A stretch of DNA of 64,000 nucleotides from an uncultured Chthonomonadaceae bacterium (GCA_963835065.1 CAWIEK010000053.1:32001-96000), one strand, 5' to 3'; shown: positions 1 through 9,437, numbered from the stretch's first letter. Made by a program: numbers and translations. Notes: generated by a model from the letters alone, not told the origin.

Positions 1-867
1 TACTCCGCGTCCGGGTGCGCCGCTATCGCCAGGTTCGCCGGTATCGTCCAGGGCGTCGTCGTCCAGATAACGGCGTAACAGTTGAGGGGATTGCCGATTG
101 CCGATTGATCCTCTTCCGTATTCCCTTCCATGTTGAATACTCCCATCGGGTCATGGTGAAGCGGGAAGCGCACGTAGATGCTGTTGGACGTGTGATTTTC
201 GTACTCCACTTCCGCGTCGGCGAGGGCGGTTTCGCAGGTCGCGCACCAGAACACGGGTTTGAGGCCGCGATAGATAAAGCCCTGCAAGGCCAGTTCGCCG
301 AACACTTCAACGATTTTAGCCTCGAAGTCCTTGCTCATCGTTAAATACGGGATCGTCCCACTGCCCCCGTATGCCCAGCCGCTTGAACTGTTCGCGCTGC
401 GTGTCCACCCACTTTGCCGCGTACTCACGACACGCCTGCCGCAGTTCCACGCGCCCCACCGCCTGCTTTTCCTCGCGGAATTTACGCGATACAGCGTTTT
501 CGATGGGCATACCATGATTGTCCCAGCCCGGCACGTAGGGCGACGAATAGCCCTGCATCGTTCGGAAGCGGGTCACGATGTCTTTGGCGACTTTGTTGAG
601 CGCATGACCCAGGTGGATGTCGCCGTTGCTGTAGGGCGGGCCGTCGTGCAGGATGAATTTGCCTTTGGGCGCGTGTTTGGCGACGCTTTTGCGGTACACG
701 TCCAGGCTGTCCCAACGCGCCTGCACATCCGGCTCTTTGGCGGGCAGATTGCCCCGCTGCGGAAACGCGCCGGGGTCTTTGTCATTGAGCGTGATGTTGA
801 GCGTGCCGCGATAATCGCGCTTCTCAGAAGTCGGTTGTTCTTGATCGGGTCGAACGGTAGTCGTCAT
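1..867 (-). CDS. ileS: Isoleucine--tRNA ligase, N-terminal part (runs off the window; apparent frameshift near 345)
   Basis: [22 protein letters not shown] (HIGH motif) and [11 protein letters not shown]. After a frame change it continues [12 protein letters not shown]...AEVEY...[17 protein letters not shown] at 867 with GAGGA upstream. Confidence 0.95.
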
Positions 868-892
868 TGTAAAAGTCCTCAATACGGTTTTC

Positions 893-1219
893 ACCACCCG
901 CTCCGCTAGAGGCACAGAGGCACAGAGGGGAAGAAAAGAAGAAAAGAAGAAGAGAAGAAAAGGAGATAGGGAACCGCGAAACACACGAAATAAACGAAAA
1001 AAGACGAAAAGAACACAAATAAATTTACAGATACCACCGCATATTTAGAACAAACAGGCTTACCTTCTCGGTTTTTAATCCTGCAAATCCCGTTAATCCT
1101 GTCTATTTCTTTTGTTCTTTTTTCGTCTTGGTTCGTGTGTTTCGCGGTTCCCCAGTTTCTCTCTTTCTCGTATTGGCTTTTCCTCTGTGTCTCTGTGCCT
1201 CTAGCCGTAGGCGGGTGGT
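893..1219. repeat. Nested inverted-repeat mini-element built from 9-nt tandem repeats
   Basis: Outer arms 893-929 and 1182-1219 (AGAGGCACAGAGGCACAGAGG / CCTCTGTGTCTCTGTGCCTCT). Inner arms 969-989 and 1132-1152 are a perfect 21-bp inverted repeat. Central AATCCTGCA-AATCCCGTT-AATCCTGTC at 1077-1103. Confidence 0.85.
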
Positions 1220-1237
1220 TCATTTATAAAATTGGGC

Positions 1238-1429
1238 GCAAAAAACGCGCCGCCGCGATGGTCACAAAGACGTGCGGACAGGGCGCGGATGGACGGCGAC
1301 GCCGGAGCGGAACGAGCGTAAAACTCGTCAGGCTCCCGACGCCGCCTGCGTAATCACGCTAATCGTCAGCCGCGAGACGCAAAAACGCCGCAATCCATAA
1401 AGGGCGCGTATCAAGGTAACGATCTGCAT
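1238..1429 (-). promoter_or_regulatory. Candidate leader peptide plus terminator (attenuator) upstream of ileS
   Basis: 33-aa ORF at 1429-1328 (MQIVTLIRALYGLRRFCVSRLTISVITQAASGA, 4 Ile codons) preceded by AAGGA. It is followed by a GC-rich stem ending GCGGCGGCGCG-TTTTTT. Confidence 0.4.
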
Positions 1430-1441
1430 GGGAGGAGTTCC

Positions 1442-2074
1442 TTACTTTTCCGTCGGCTGCTTTGCCGTAGTTTTGGGCGCGTCTTTCCCGGTGTTCTTCG
1501 CCGGGGCGTTCTTCTTGCGTGTTCTGCTTGTGGACACGGACGTTCCGGGCATGATAACCGGGCCGGGTTCCCAACGAAACGATGTGATTACTTTGTCAAA
1601 CAGCGTATCGTACTTCTTTATATTGGCGGGCAGCGTGGTCAGGGTCAGCGTAAGCGCCTGCGGGCCGCGCAGACATACGACCTGCCGATTTTCGTGCGCG
1701 GCCTGACCGGGCACATTGACGTGCATACGCCAACTGTAGGCTTTTTCGCCGCCCAGCGTCAGGGCTGTTTCGCCATAAATGCTCAAGCCCTTTTGCTTTG
1801 CGATTTCCCTGCGCGTAGACTTTATGTAGGCTTCCAGCGACATTCCGTGAACCGGCTCGCCATACGTGCCGATGGTGGCGGCCTCATCTTCCGGGCGGGC
1901 TGTCGGTTCTACCAGTACCGCGTAATGCGGAATCAGTTGTTGGTTTACCGTCCAGCCCGGCGGCGGAACGAGGGAAAATCGGTGCGCCGTATCTGTATAA
2001 CGCCCGTCAGTCGGCGTGGCGCAGACAACAGCGGCAGTTCCCAATCCCCAAATCGCCGGAACAAGCCAACGCAT
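1442..2074 (-). CDS. Secreted PsbP/DcrB-like domain protein
   Basis: Signal-peptide-like N-terminus, YTDTAHRFSLVPPPGW and FDKVITSFRW typical of the PsbP-like fold, Lys-rich tail. Confidence 0.6.
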   Translation of the reverse strand: MRWLVPAIWGLGTAAVVCATPTDGRYTDTAHRFSLVPPPGWTVNQQLIPHYAVLVEPTARPEDEAATIGTYGEPVHGMSLEAYIKSTRREIAKQKGLSIYGETALTLGGEKAYSWRMHVNVPGQAAHENRQVVCLRGPQALTLTLTTLPANIKKYDTLFDKVITSFRWEPGPVIMPGTSVSTSRTRKKNAPAKNTGKDAPKTTAKQPTEK

Positions 2075-2303
2075 TGAACCCATTACTTTACCCATTAAAA
2101 ATTCACGCTGAATGTAGCGAAAATCGCTTGACCCTGACCGTCAACTTGAAACGTCGTCAGCGCCACGCTCTAACCCTGTGTACTGCGCACGATAACTTGG
2201 GCGCGGTACAAAAGCTGGAAACCGCCCTGACTTTCTTGCTTTCTTTATATTATACCCCAAATGCCGCGTCGTGAAAGAAGCCGCGAAGCCGCCGCAAAGG
2301 AAC

Positions 2304-2348
2304 GCAATCGGCAATCGGCAATCAGCAATGGGTTCATCCTTCATCCTT
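2304..2348. repeat. Compound heptamer array (GCAATCG x3.5 then TTCATCC x2)
   Basis: Read directly, just 3' of the stop of the 2360-3232 gene. Confidence 0.85.
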
Positions 2349-2359
2349 TCCTGCTACCC

Positions 2360-3232
2360 TCAACCCATCTCCGCGAGCAAGCCGCGCGTGTAGCCGACGC
2401 TTTCCGCCAGACCGGGCAGGGGATCGTCCGCGTCCTTTTCATACTCGAAGTTGGCGTAGTAGGGGTACTGAATTTTCAGCAACGCCTGCAGGATGGATTT
2501 TATGTTCAAGACGCCGCGCCCGACTTCAACGTTCGCGCCTTTGGGCGTGGTATTGTTGATGTCTTTGAGGTGCATGTCATACAGCCGTTCACGGTATTTC
2601 AGCACGGCTTCAGCCGGGTCGTCGCCGGCGCGGGCGGAATGGCCCACGTCAATGCACAGTCCGATGCGCTTGTCATACGGCTGCACAGCCTTCCATACAT
2701 CCGTAGGCGCGGGAAACCGCTTGTCTTCCGGCCCGTGATTGTGGATGGCGAGTTTGATGTCGAACTCCTTCACCATTTTGTCGAGCAAAGCCATGCTGTC
2801 GGGGTCGGGGGCGCAGACAATGGTGGGCAGGCCGATGTCGCGGGCATACTCAAACGCGGCGCGAATGTTGGCCTCGTCGTTCTTCATGGAAACGTTGCCG
2901 CAACTGACCGGCGTAATGCCCGCGTCCTTGAACTTCTGCGCCACCGCCTTGCGCTCGTCCGTCGCGCTGTTCATCGCCAAATGCGAGTCCTTGATGGAAA
3001 CGTATTTCAGGCCAACGCGCTGAATGTCCTTGATGGCAACATCGAGCGGGAGTTTGCGCAATGTGTACGAGGCGACGCCGATTTTCAATCCGTGCCACAA
3101 ATCGGCATGGGAAACCGTTTTCACAGGCGCGGTTTGCGCGTTCGCGCCCGTGCCGGACTGCGACAATGCCGCCAGCGCCGCCGCCCCGGTTACAAGCAGA
3201 TCACGGCGGGAAACCAAAGGTGAATGTGTCAT
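2360..3232 (-). CDS. Sugar phosphate isomerase/epimerase (xylose isomerase-like TIM barrel), Tat-exported
   Basis: SRRDLL Tat motif, AIHNHG, CIDVGH, MHLKD, FEYE metal ligands. Confidence 0.9.
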   Translation of the reverse strand: MTHSPLVSRRDLLVTGAAALAALSQSGTGANAQTAPVKTVSHADLWHGLKIGVASYTLRKLPLDVAIKDIQRVGLKYVSIKDSHLAMNSATDERKAVAQKFKDAGITPVSCGNVSMKNDEANIRAAFEYARDIGLPTIVCAPDPDSMALLDKMVKEFDIKLAIHNHGPEDKRFPAPTDVWKAVQPYDKRIGLCIDVGHSARAGDDPAEAVLKYRERLYDMHLKDINNTTPKGANVEVGRGVLNIKSILQALLKIQYPYYANFEYEKDADDPLPGLAESVGYTRGLLAEMG

Positions 3233-3243
3233 GGTGTCCTTCC

Positions 3244-3630
3244 TTATGCGGAGAGAGTGATGAGGCCGTTCTGAAAATCCAGCGTCAACGCGCGGTTGCG
3301 GAAGAAATCAAGCCCAAGTACGCCGTCAACAGACATGGACGGCGGCAAGGTATGCGCGACGACGGAAAACTGAAGCCGTTCCTGATCCAATGCTTCCACT
3401 TTGTCAACAGTCAGCCGGGATACGGCTTCCACGCTGCTTCCCGTCGTCATAGACACGGATTTCGGCTGCGCGTCAGGATCGTAGCCGATGGAAACAAGCA
3501 TCGCCTTACTGATGACCGTTGAAGACGAACCTGTATCCAGCGCAAGAGAAGATTGCACCATGCCGGTAGGTCCGTGAAGCGTTACCGGCACGACAATAAG
3601 ACCGTACTGCCCGTTAAAATTAGTTGTCAT
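3244..3630 (-). CDS. Retropepsin-like (clan AA) aspartyl protease
   Basis: [12 protein letters not shown] and DGVLGLDFF motifs. Confidence 0.9.
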   Translation of the reverse strand: MTTNFNGQYGLIVVPVTLHGPTGMVQSSLALDTGSSSTVISKAMLVSIGYDPDAQPKSVSMTTGSSVEAVSRLTVDKVEALDQERLQFSVVAHTLPPSMSVDGVLGLDFFRNRALTLDFQNGLITLSA

Positions 3631-3639
3631 GGTATCGGC

Positions 3640-3963
3640 TCAGTAGTTAAGAAGAATGTTGTCGGGAGTCGGACCCATATAGAGAAACGCCGAATGTTTC
3701 GGACGCAGGCGCATCGCCATTTGATCTCTTTCCTCCCGGTTTTTGCTGTGGCACAGAACTTTGCCACCCGCTACTTGCTTGTGTTCATCCAGATACGGGT
3801 CTTCGAGCAGCACCCATTCGCCGTCGAATTGCTTTTTGATTTCCTCCAGCGTCATAACTTCGTTCATGGCCTCGCGGCTCTCCTCCGGCGCGGCTTCACC
3901 GGACAAACGCGCCACTTTCTGTTCCAAAAGCGCAAGCCGTTCTTCGATTGTCGGGGTTGTCAT
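3640..3963 (-). CDS. Small DUF5678-like partner protein with an antitoxin-derived N-terminus
   Basis: FDGEWVLLEDP...GKVLCHSKNREE core. First 28 aa are identical to those of the 4501-4758 protein. Confidence 0.65.
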   Translation of the reverse strand: MTTPTIEERLALLEQKVARLSGEAAPEESREAMNEVMTLEEIKKQFDGEWVLLEDPYLDEHKQVAGGKVLCHSKNREERDQMAMRLRPKHSAFLYMGPTPDNILLNY

Positions 3964-4091
3964 AACAGATTCCTCCTGCCCCTTATACTACAACAATTCG
4001 TGAAATGTTTCGGGCTTCTGATGGCAGCTCTTTATATAGCGCGTGGCTGCGCTCCGTTTTGTTTGCTGCAATCATGCAGGCATTTGCTTTC

Positions 4092-4514
4092 TTATGCCGA
4101 CCAATCTTCAACGCGCAGATTGGGCACTTTGCCGAAGTCGGACGAGTTGCGGGAAACCAGCGTGAAGTTATTGGCAAGAGCGATGGACGCAATCTTCAAG
4201 TCCATTGTGCCCATTCGCAGCCGTTGAATCCAGAGATTCTGGAATACCGCGATTGCGGAATCATCAAAGGGCAGAATAGGCGTAGCGCAGTAATATCGCA
4301 GCATCCTGCCTAACTCGTAGTATTTGGACTTTTGGCGCTCCGGGGAACGCGCGGCGGCAATCTCGGCAAGCCAGCCGCGCATTTGTTCCTCGTAACTGAC
4401 AATGCAGACAGTGACTTCCGCAGGAGGAACAACAGCAATTCGGCGGACAATCCGCCCGCTTTCTGCTCCGCCCCTTGCGAGCAGCGAAATGTGATCGGTA
4501 TCAAGAAGATACAT
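4092..4514 (-). CDS. vapC: PIN-domain VapC toxin
   Basis: MYLLDTDHIS, YEEQMRG, GTMDLKIASIA, LVSRNSSDF, EDW. Confidence 0.92.
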   Translation of the reverse strand: MYLLDTDHISLLARGGAESGRIVRRIAVVPPAEVTVCIVSYEEQMRGWLAEIAAARSPERQKSKYYELGRMLRYYCATPILPFDDSAIAVFQNLWIQRLRMGTMDLKIASIALANNFTLVSRNSSDFGKVPNLRVEDWSA

Positions 4515-4758
4515 GGTTTTCGCCTTCTGCAATTTCGTTTTCTTCGTAGGCGGTGGGTTGTGAGCGGCGGTATTCCGCGCCGCGCTCCATAGCCGCATCA
4601 AAGTCAGGATTATCTTTGAATGCGCCGACCCATTGCTCCCACCAGGGGGCGGGCCTAATCTGCGGCGCGGCAGTTTCCTCCGGCGCGGCTTCGCCGGACA
4701 AACGCGCCACTTTCTGTTCCAAAAGGGCCAGCCGTTCTTCGATTGTGGGTGTCGTCAT
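4501..4758 (-). CDS. Putative antitoxin
   Basis: Overlaps the vapC start. TIEERLALLEQKVARL...PWWEQWVGAFKDNPDFDAAM. AGGAGG RBS and TATAAT at 4779-4784. Confidence 0.8.
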   Translation of the reverse strand: MTTPTIEERLALLEQKVARLSGEAAPEETAAPQIRPAPWWEQWVGAFKDNPDFDAAMERGAEYRRSQPTAYEENEIAEGENHVSS

Positions 4759-4843
4759 AACAGGTTCCTCCTGCCCTGATTATACCGCAGTCATAGCAGT
4801 GGGGAAGCAAAGGATGAAGATGACAGGATGAAGGAGAAAAAGA

Positions 4844-5175
4844 GTATGTAGAGTCATCGTCGAAATCTTGGCAATACAGCGCTTCCAGCCCGATGTCTCG
4901 TTGTGTCAGATTGTAGGAGAGAGGCGTCGTGGCCTCAGCAGCGTCAGGGCGAGCGGGAGGGGTGAAACATAGGCTTGCACCTCCCTTCTTAAGTTGATAG
5001 TTGATAGTTGATAGTTGATAGGAACTGCCAACGTTCAACCTTCGTCTCTGTATACTAGACGTTTGTACTGTATAGACAGGATGAGGAGGGCAAAAGGTTC
5101 ACCTTTTTTGTGTTGTGTGGCTTTTTTTCTGCGGGATGGTTGCTGTTGGCGTCGTGTGGGGAACGGAGAAGGGGG
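4844..5175 (-). repeat. Copy 1 of a ~330-bp duplicated non-coding element
   Basis: Aligns by eye with 34770-35106. Contains TTGATAG x4 (4994-5021) and the mini-ORF MFHPSRSP (4970-4944). Confidence 0.85.
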
Positions 5176-5245
5176 ATGGCTTCAGGGCTGTACATCCAGC
5201 GCTTCTCGGCGGCACAATTAGCGCGACATATACCCGTCTGTCGCG

Positions 5246-8078
5246 TCAGGAATTCGGTTCGCCAAACTCCGCGTCAAGATACTCTTGTACGAGGTTGTCG
5301 AAACCGATGGACAGCCACGCAACGCGGGCGGCGGCGACATGCGCCTGCTGTGTGGCGGCATCGGGCGCGACTTGCGCCAGGCGGTAGCGCGTGACGCCGA
5401 TGGAATACGGTTCCGGTATTTGCGCGTACAGGCGTAACGCCTCCTCATAGCGCAGACGAGCCACATCGTTGTTTGCGCGCGAGCGCGCAATGTCGCCTAA
5501 ACTCTGGATGCAATTCGCCTGCCCCAACACATCGCCGACATTCTCATACAAGGGTTGCGCCTGTTCGTACAAGCGGCGGGCTTGTTCATGCTCGGAACGC
5601 GCCAGCGCAATGTCGCCTAAACTCTGGATACAATTCGCCTGCCCCAACACAGAGCCGACATTCTCATACAAGGGTTGCGCTTGTTCGTACAAGCGGCGGG
5701 CTTGTTCGTGTTCGGAACGCGCCAGCGCAATGTCGCCTAAACTCTGGATGCAGTTCGCCTGCCCCAACACAGAGCCGACATTCTCATACAAGGGTTGCGC
5801 TTGCTCGTACAAGCGGCGGGCTTGTTCGTGTTCGGAACGCGCCAGCGCAATGTCGCCTAAACTCTGGATGCAGTTCGCCTGCCCCAACACAGAGCCGACA
5901 TTCTCATACAAGGGTTGCGCCTGTTCGTACAAGCGGCGGGCTTGTTCGTGTTCGGAACGCGCCAGCGCAATGTCGCCTAAACTCTGGATGCAGTTCGCCT
6001 GCCCCAACACATCGCCGACCTGTACAAAGAGCGGCTGCGCCTGTTCGTACAAGCGGCGGGCTTGTTCGTGTTCGGAACGGCGCAGCGCAATGTCGCCTAA
6101 ACTACTGGATGCAGTTCGCCTGCCCCAACACATCGCCGACGCGCAACGCTGCGCGTTGCGCGGATTCCTGCAATTGAATTGCTTCCGCGCCGTAGATGCT
6201 CAGGTAGAGGAAATCGCGCAGGGAAGAGGCCAGAGGCATCAGCGCCTCCCAGTAGTCATTCGCTTGCTCCGCGAATTCAGCGGCGCGGAGGGCGTTGCGC
6301 CATTCAGCCCGCAGCACGGCATATTGTTCCGGGAGGTTGATGTTTCCATTTGCCTGTATCAACTGGACGTAGTGGGCAACGTACCGCTGCTGTATCGCCT
6401 CGGCATCCTGTGGCATTTCGGCGCGTAACCGCCGCAGGGCATACTCGCGGAACACGGGCAGCAGGCGATAGCGCACGATGTCGTCGGCTTCGCGGCTTTC
6501 CAGCAGGTGTATGTGGTTCCACTTGACCAGCAGCGCGTCGGCAACGCCGCAAATCGCTTCCGCCGCGTCCGGGGCGAAGTCGTAGGCGAAGATTCCCAGA
6601 CGCGGAAACAGCGCCTGCTGCGCGTCGGGGAGGGTCTGCACCGACCAGTGGATGCAGGCTTCCATGCTGACGTGGCGCAGACTGTCGGCGCGGGCATAGC
6701 CGTATTCCTCGCGCGTTTTTTGCCAATCCAGCAGGCTGTCGCTCAGGCCGTCGGCGATCTGTTTGAGCGTCTTCATCTGGCGCAGCGCGGCGGTCAACTC
6801 GATGCCGAGCGGAAACCCTGCCGTATGTTCCAGAATACGGCGCAGCGAGTTCACGTCGCTGATGTCCTTTACGGGCCGGTGCTGCTCCACGCGCGCCCGG
6901 AACAACTTGCAGCCGTCCAATGCCTCCATGTTTTCCCCGTCATGCGGCACGGGCAGGCCGGGAATCTCGTATGTTTCGCTGAACGGTTCCAGCATGATTT
7001 TGTCGCGGCTGGTGACGAGCCACCGCATGGCGTCCACGTTCTGAATCAGGTCGCCGAGCCAGCGCAGCGTAGCGGGATTGACCATGCTTTCGCCGTTGTC
7101 CAGAAACATCAGCGTGGACGCGCGGGTTTGCAGATGGTTTTCCAGCCGGGTTTTGCCGTTCGCGTCGGAGGCAAGCGGCTCCTCCATAACGGGTTTCGGG
7201 GCCTCAATGGCGCGGGCAATCGCTCCGGCCAGCAATTCGGGCGTCACCTTGTCGGGCGCGTTGCCGAACTCCCGGTCGAGCGACACGCCATGAATGTTGC
7301 CCCGGAAGTCGCCGCACACGGCCAGAATGGTTTGGATGGCAAGCCGGGTTTTACCGATGCCGCCCGGTCCGTGCAGCGTCAGGAGGGGTTTTTTGCCCCG
7401 CAGCCACGTTACCACGTCCTCAATCTGCCGGTCACGTCCGATGAATTTATTGCCTTCGCGCCGCATCCACGCGGGCAGCCAGCGCGTACCGGGTTCGCGC
7501 GGTTCCTGCCCCGCATACCACAGCAGTTCGTGAACCGTTTCGGGCTGCTGATGGTAGCTCTTGATATAGCGGTTGGGCCAGGGATAAAAGTCGTAGACCT
7601 GCCGACTGCCCGCGCGGTCATGGGCGGACGCCGACACGAGTATCTGCCCGCCCTTGCCCAAGTCTTCCACGCGCTTGGCGTAATTGATGTCCTCGCCATG
7701 ATACAGCCCGGCGGCGTCCGGCTTCATGTCTTTTTCCGCGCGATGCAGGCCGATGCGTATCTTGATTGTCCATGTCACGCCGTTTCGCGTACAGGTAATG
7801 GGCGCTTGCGTCAGACGTTCCTGCATGGCGCGGGCGCAGGCCAGCGCCTCGTCCACATGCTGAAACACGATCATCAGGCTGTCGCCGGCAGGCGTGCCGT
7901 TTTCGTAGCCGTTGTGTTCCGGCGCGTTCAGGCACTCGCGGAGAACGTCAAAATGCGGGTCGCGCAGTTCGCCGTGATAGAGAGCGTCGCCAAGCGCCTT
8001 GTTCATCAGCGACGAGTCCTCAACATCGGTAAACAAGATGGTGACGCTGCCATGCGGCAGTGGGGCGGGCGGTGTCAT
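5246..8078 (-). CDS. Class III nucleotide cyclase - NB-ARC/STAND NTPase - TPR protein (one extra base near 6104)
   Basis: Cyclase motifs TILFTDVEDS, GDSLMIVF, IRIGLH, DINYAKRVE. Walker A GPGGIGKT, Walker B MFLDNGE, GFPLGIEL. TPR units GDVLGQANCIQSLGDIA. The unit at 6100-6112 reads AACTACTGG where the other units read AACTCTGG. Confidence 0.9.
5484..6140 (-). repeat. 120-bp tandem repeats (about 5.5 near-identical units) encoding TPRs
   Basis: Alternating 60-nt lines recur almost verbatim from 5521 to 6120. Confidence 0.95.
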
Positions 8079-8389
8079 GTTGGCATGTCATCCTTACGAG
8101 ACGTGGCGAACCTGGAAGCCGCCGTAAAGCCTATTTATCGCGGGCGATCAAAGCTGACAGTGACTTGCGCAGTAAGAAGTTCCTCGTGCCTGAATTATAC
8201 CGCAGTTGCAGAAGCGAATGGAAACGAAGGCTATGATTTATGCCTACAGAGGGGTAACTCAGGCAAACGGAACAAGCGTCTACGCGAAAAGCGGCACTCA
8301 GAATGAAGCACAAAAGGATGCTTCTCTTTACCGCCCTTTATATGTTATAATTGGGCGTCTATGAGCCGTTTAGGAGAAGCCAAAATTTC

Positions 8390-9433
8390 ATGAATATCAT
8401 ACGCGGCCTGCTGGGGCGCTACAATCGCGATATGGGCATTGACCTCGGCACCGCTAACACCCTGGTTCACGTGCGTGGACGAGGGATATTACTGCGCGAA
8501 CCCTCGGTTGTCGCTATCGAAAAGGACAACCATTCCAAAGTGCTGGCGGTGGGCGAAGAAGCCAAGCGGATGCTTGGGCGCACACCCGGCAGCATCATCG
8601 CCATTCGGCCCCTGCGCGACGGCGTGATTGCCGATTTTGAGCAGACTGAAGCCATGATACGCCGCTTCATTGAAAAGGTGCATCGGCGCAATTACATGCT
8701 TGCGCCGCGTATCGTCGTGGGTGTCCCTTCCGGCGTGACGGAAGTGGAAGAGCGGGCCGTCATGGAAGCCACGCGCAAGGCGGGCGCGAAGGAAGCGTAT
8801 ACCATTGAAGAGCCGATGGCAGCCGCGATTGGCGCGGGCCTGCCCGTTTCGGAGCCAACCGGTTCAATGATCGTGGACATTGGCGGCGGCACGACGGAAG
8901 TGGCGGTTATTTCCCTGGGCGGCATTGTCACGAGCCGCTCGATTCGCATTGCCGGGGATGAAATAGACGAGGCCATTGTTAATTATGTTCGGCGCACGTA
9001 CAACCTGTACATCGGCGACCGCACGGCGGAACAGGCCAAGTTTGAAGTCGGCTCCGCGTACCCCATCGGCCCGGAACGAACCATGAACGTGCGCGGGCGC
9101 GACCTGATTTCCGGCCTGCCGCGCAGCACGACAATCACGAGCAGCGAAATCCGCGAAGCCATTCAGGATCCCATCAACAGCATCGTGGAAGCGGTGAAGG
9201 TGACGCTGGAAGGGACGCCGCCCGAACTCGCGGCGGACATTTACGAGCGCGGCATTATTCTGGCCGGCGGCGGAGCCTTGCTTGAAGGGCTGGACCACCT
9301 GCTGGCACGCGAAACCTCCATGCCCGTCCACATCGCCACCGACCCGCTTTCCTGCGTCGTCCTGGGAACCGGCAAGGTGCTGGAAGAGATTGATACCAAC
9401 GCGATGCTGCGTAAAGTGCTGAAAAGCCGTTAA
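8390..9433 (+). CDS. mreB: Rod shape-determining protein MreB
   Basis: [41 protein letters not shown]-n-TATAAT upstream near 8344-8351. Confidence 0.98.
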   Translation: MNIIRGLLGRYNRDMGIDLGTANTLVHVRGRGILLREPSVVAIEKDNHSKVLAVGEEAKRMLGRTPGSIIAIRPLRDGVIADFEQTEAMIRRFIEKVHRRNYMLAPRIVVGVPSGVTEVEERAVMEATRKAGAKEAYTIEEPMAAAIGAGLPVSEPTGSMIVDIGGGTTEVAVISLGGIVTSRSIRIAGDEIDEAIVNYVRRTYNLYIGDRTAEQAKFEVGSAYPIGPERTMNVRGRDLISGLPRSTTITSSEIREAIQDPINSIVEAVKVTLEGTPPELAADIYERGIILAGGGALLEGLDHLLARETSMPVHIATDPLSCVVLGTGKVLEEIDTNAMLRKVLKSR

Positions 9434-9437
9434 GAGC

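Noticed and set aside
1025..1045. T-box motif upstream of ileS (GCGGTGGTATC on the minus strand)
   Set aside because: Only the GGTGGTA core matches. ACCGCG, a specifier stem and a following terminator are not evident, and it lies inside the nested repeat element.
5484..6140. Regular repeat array as CRISPR or DGR template/variable repeats
   Set aside because: The units are contiguous 120-bp coding TPRs with no unique spacers. No cas or RT gene is in the window.
6507..8306. Long opposite-strand ORFs (e.g. 6507-8306, 33101-34576, 61561-62733)
   Set aside because: Antisense shadows of recognisable genes, expected at high GC, with no motifs.
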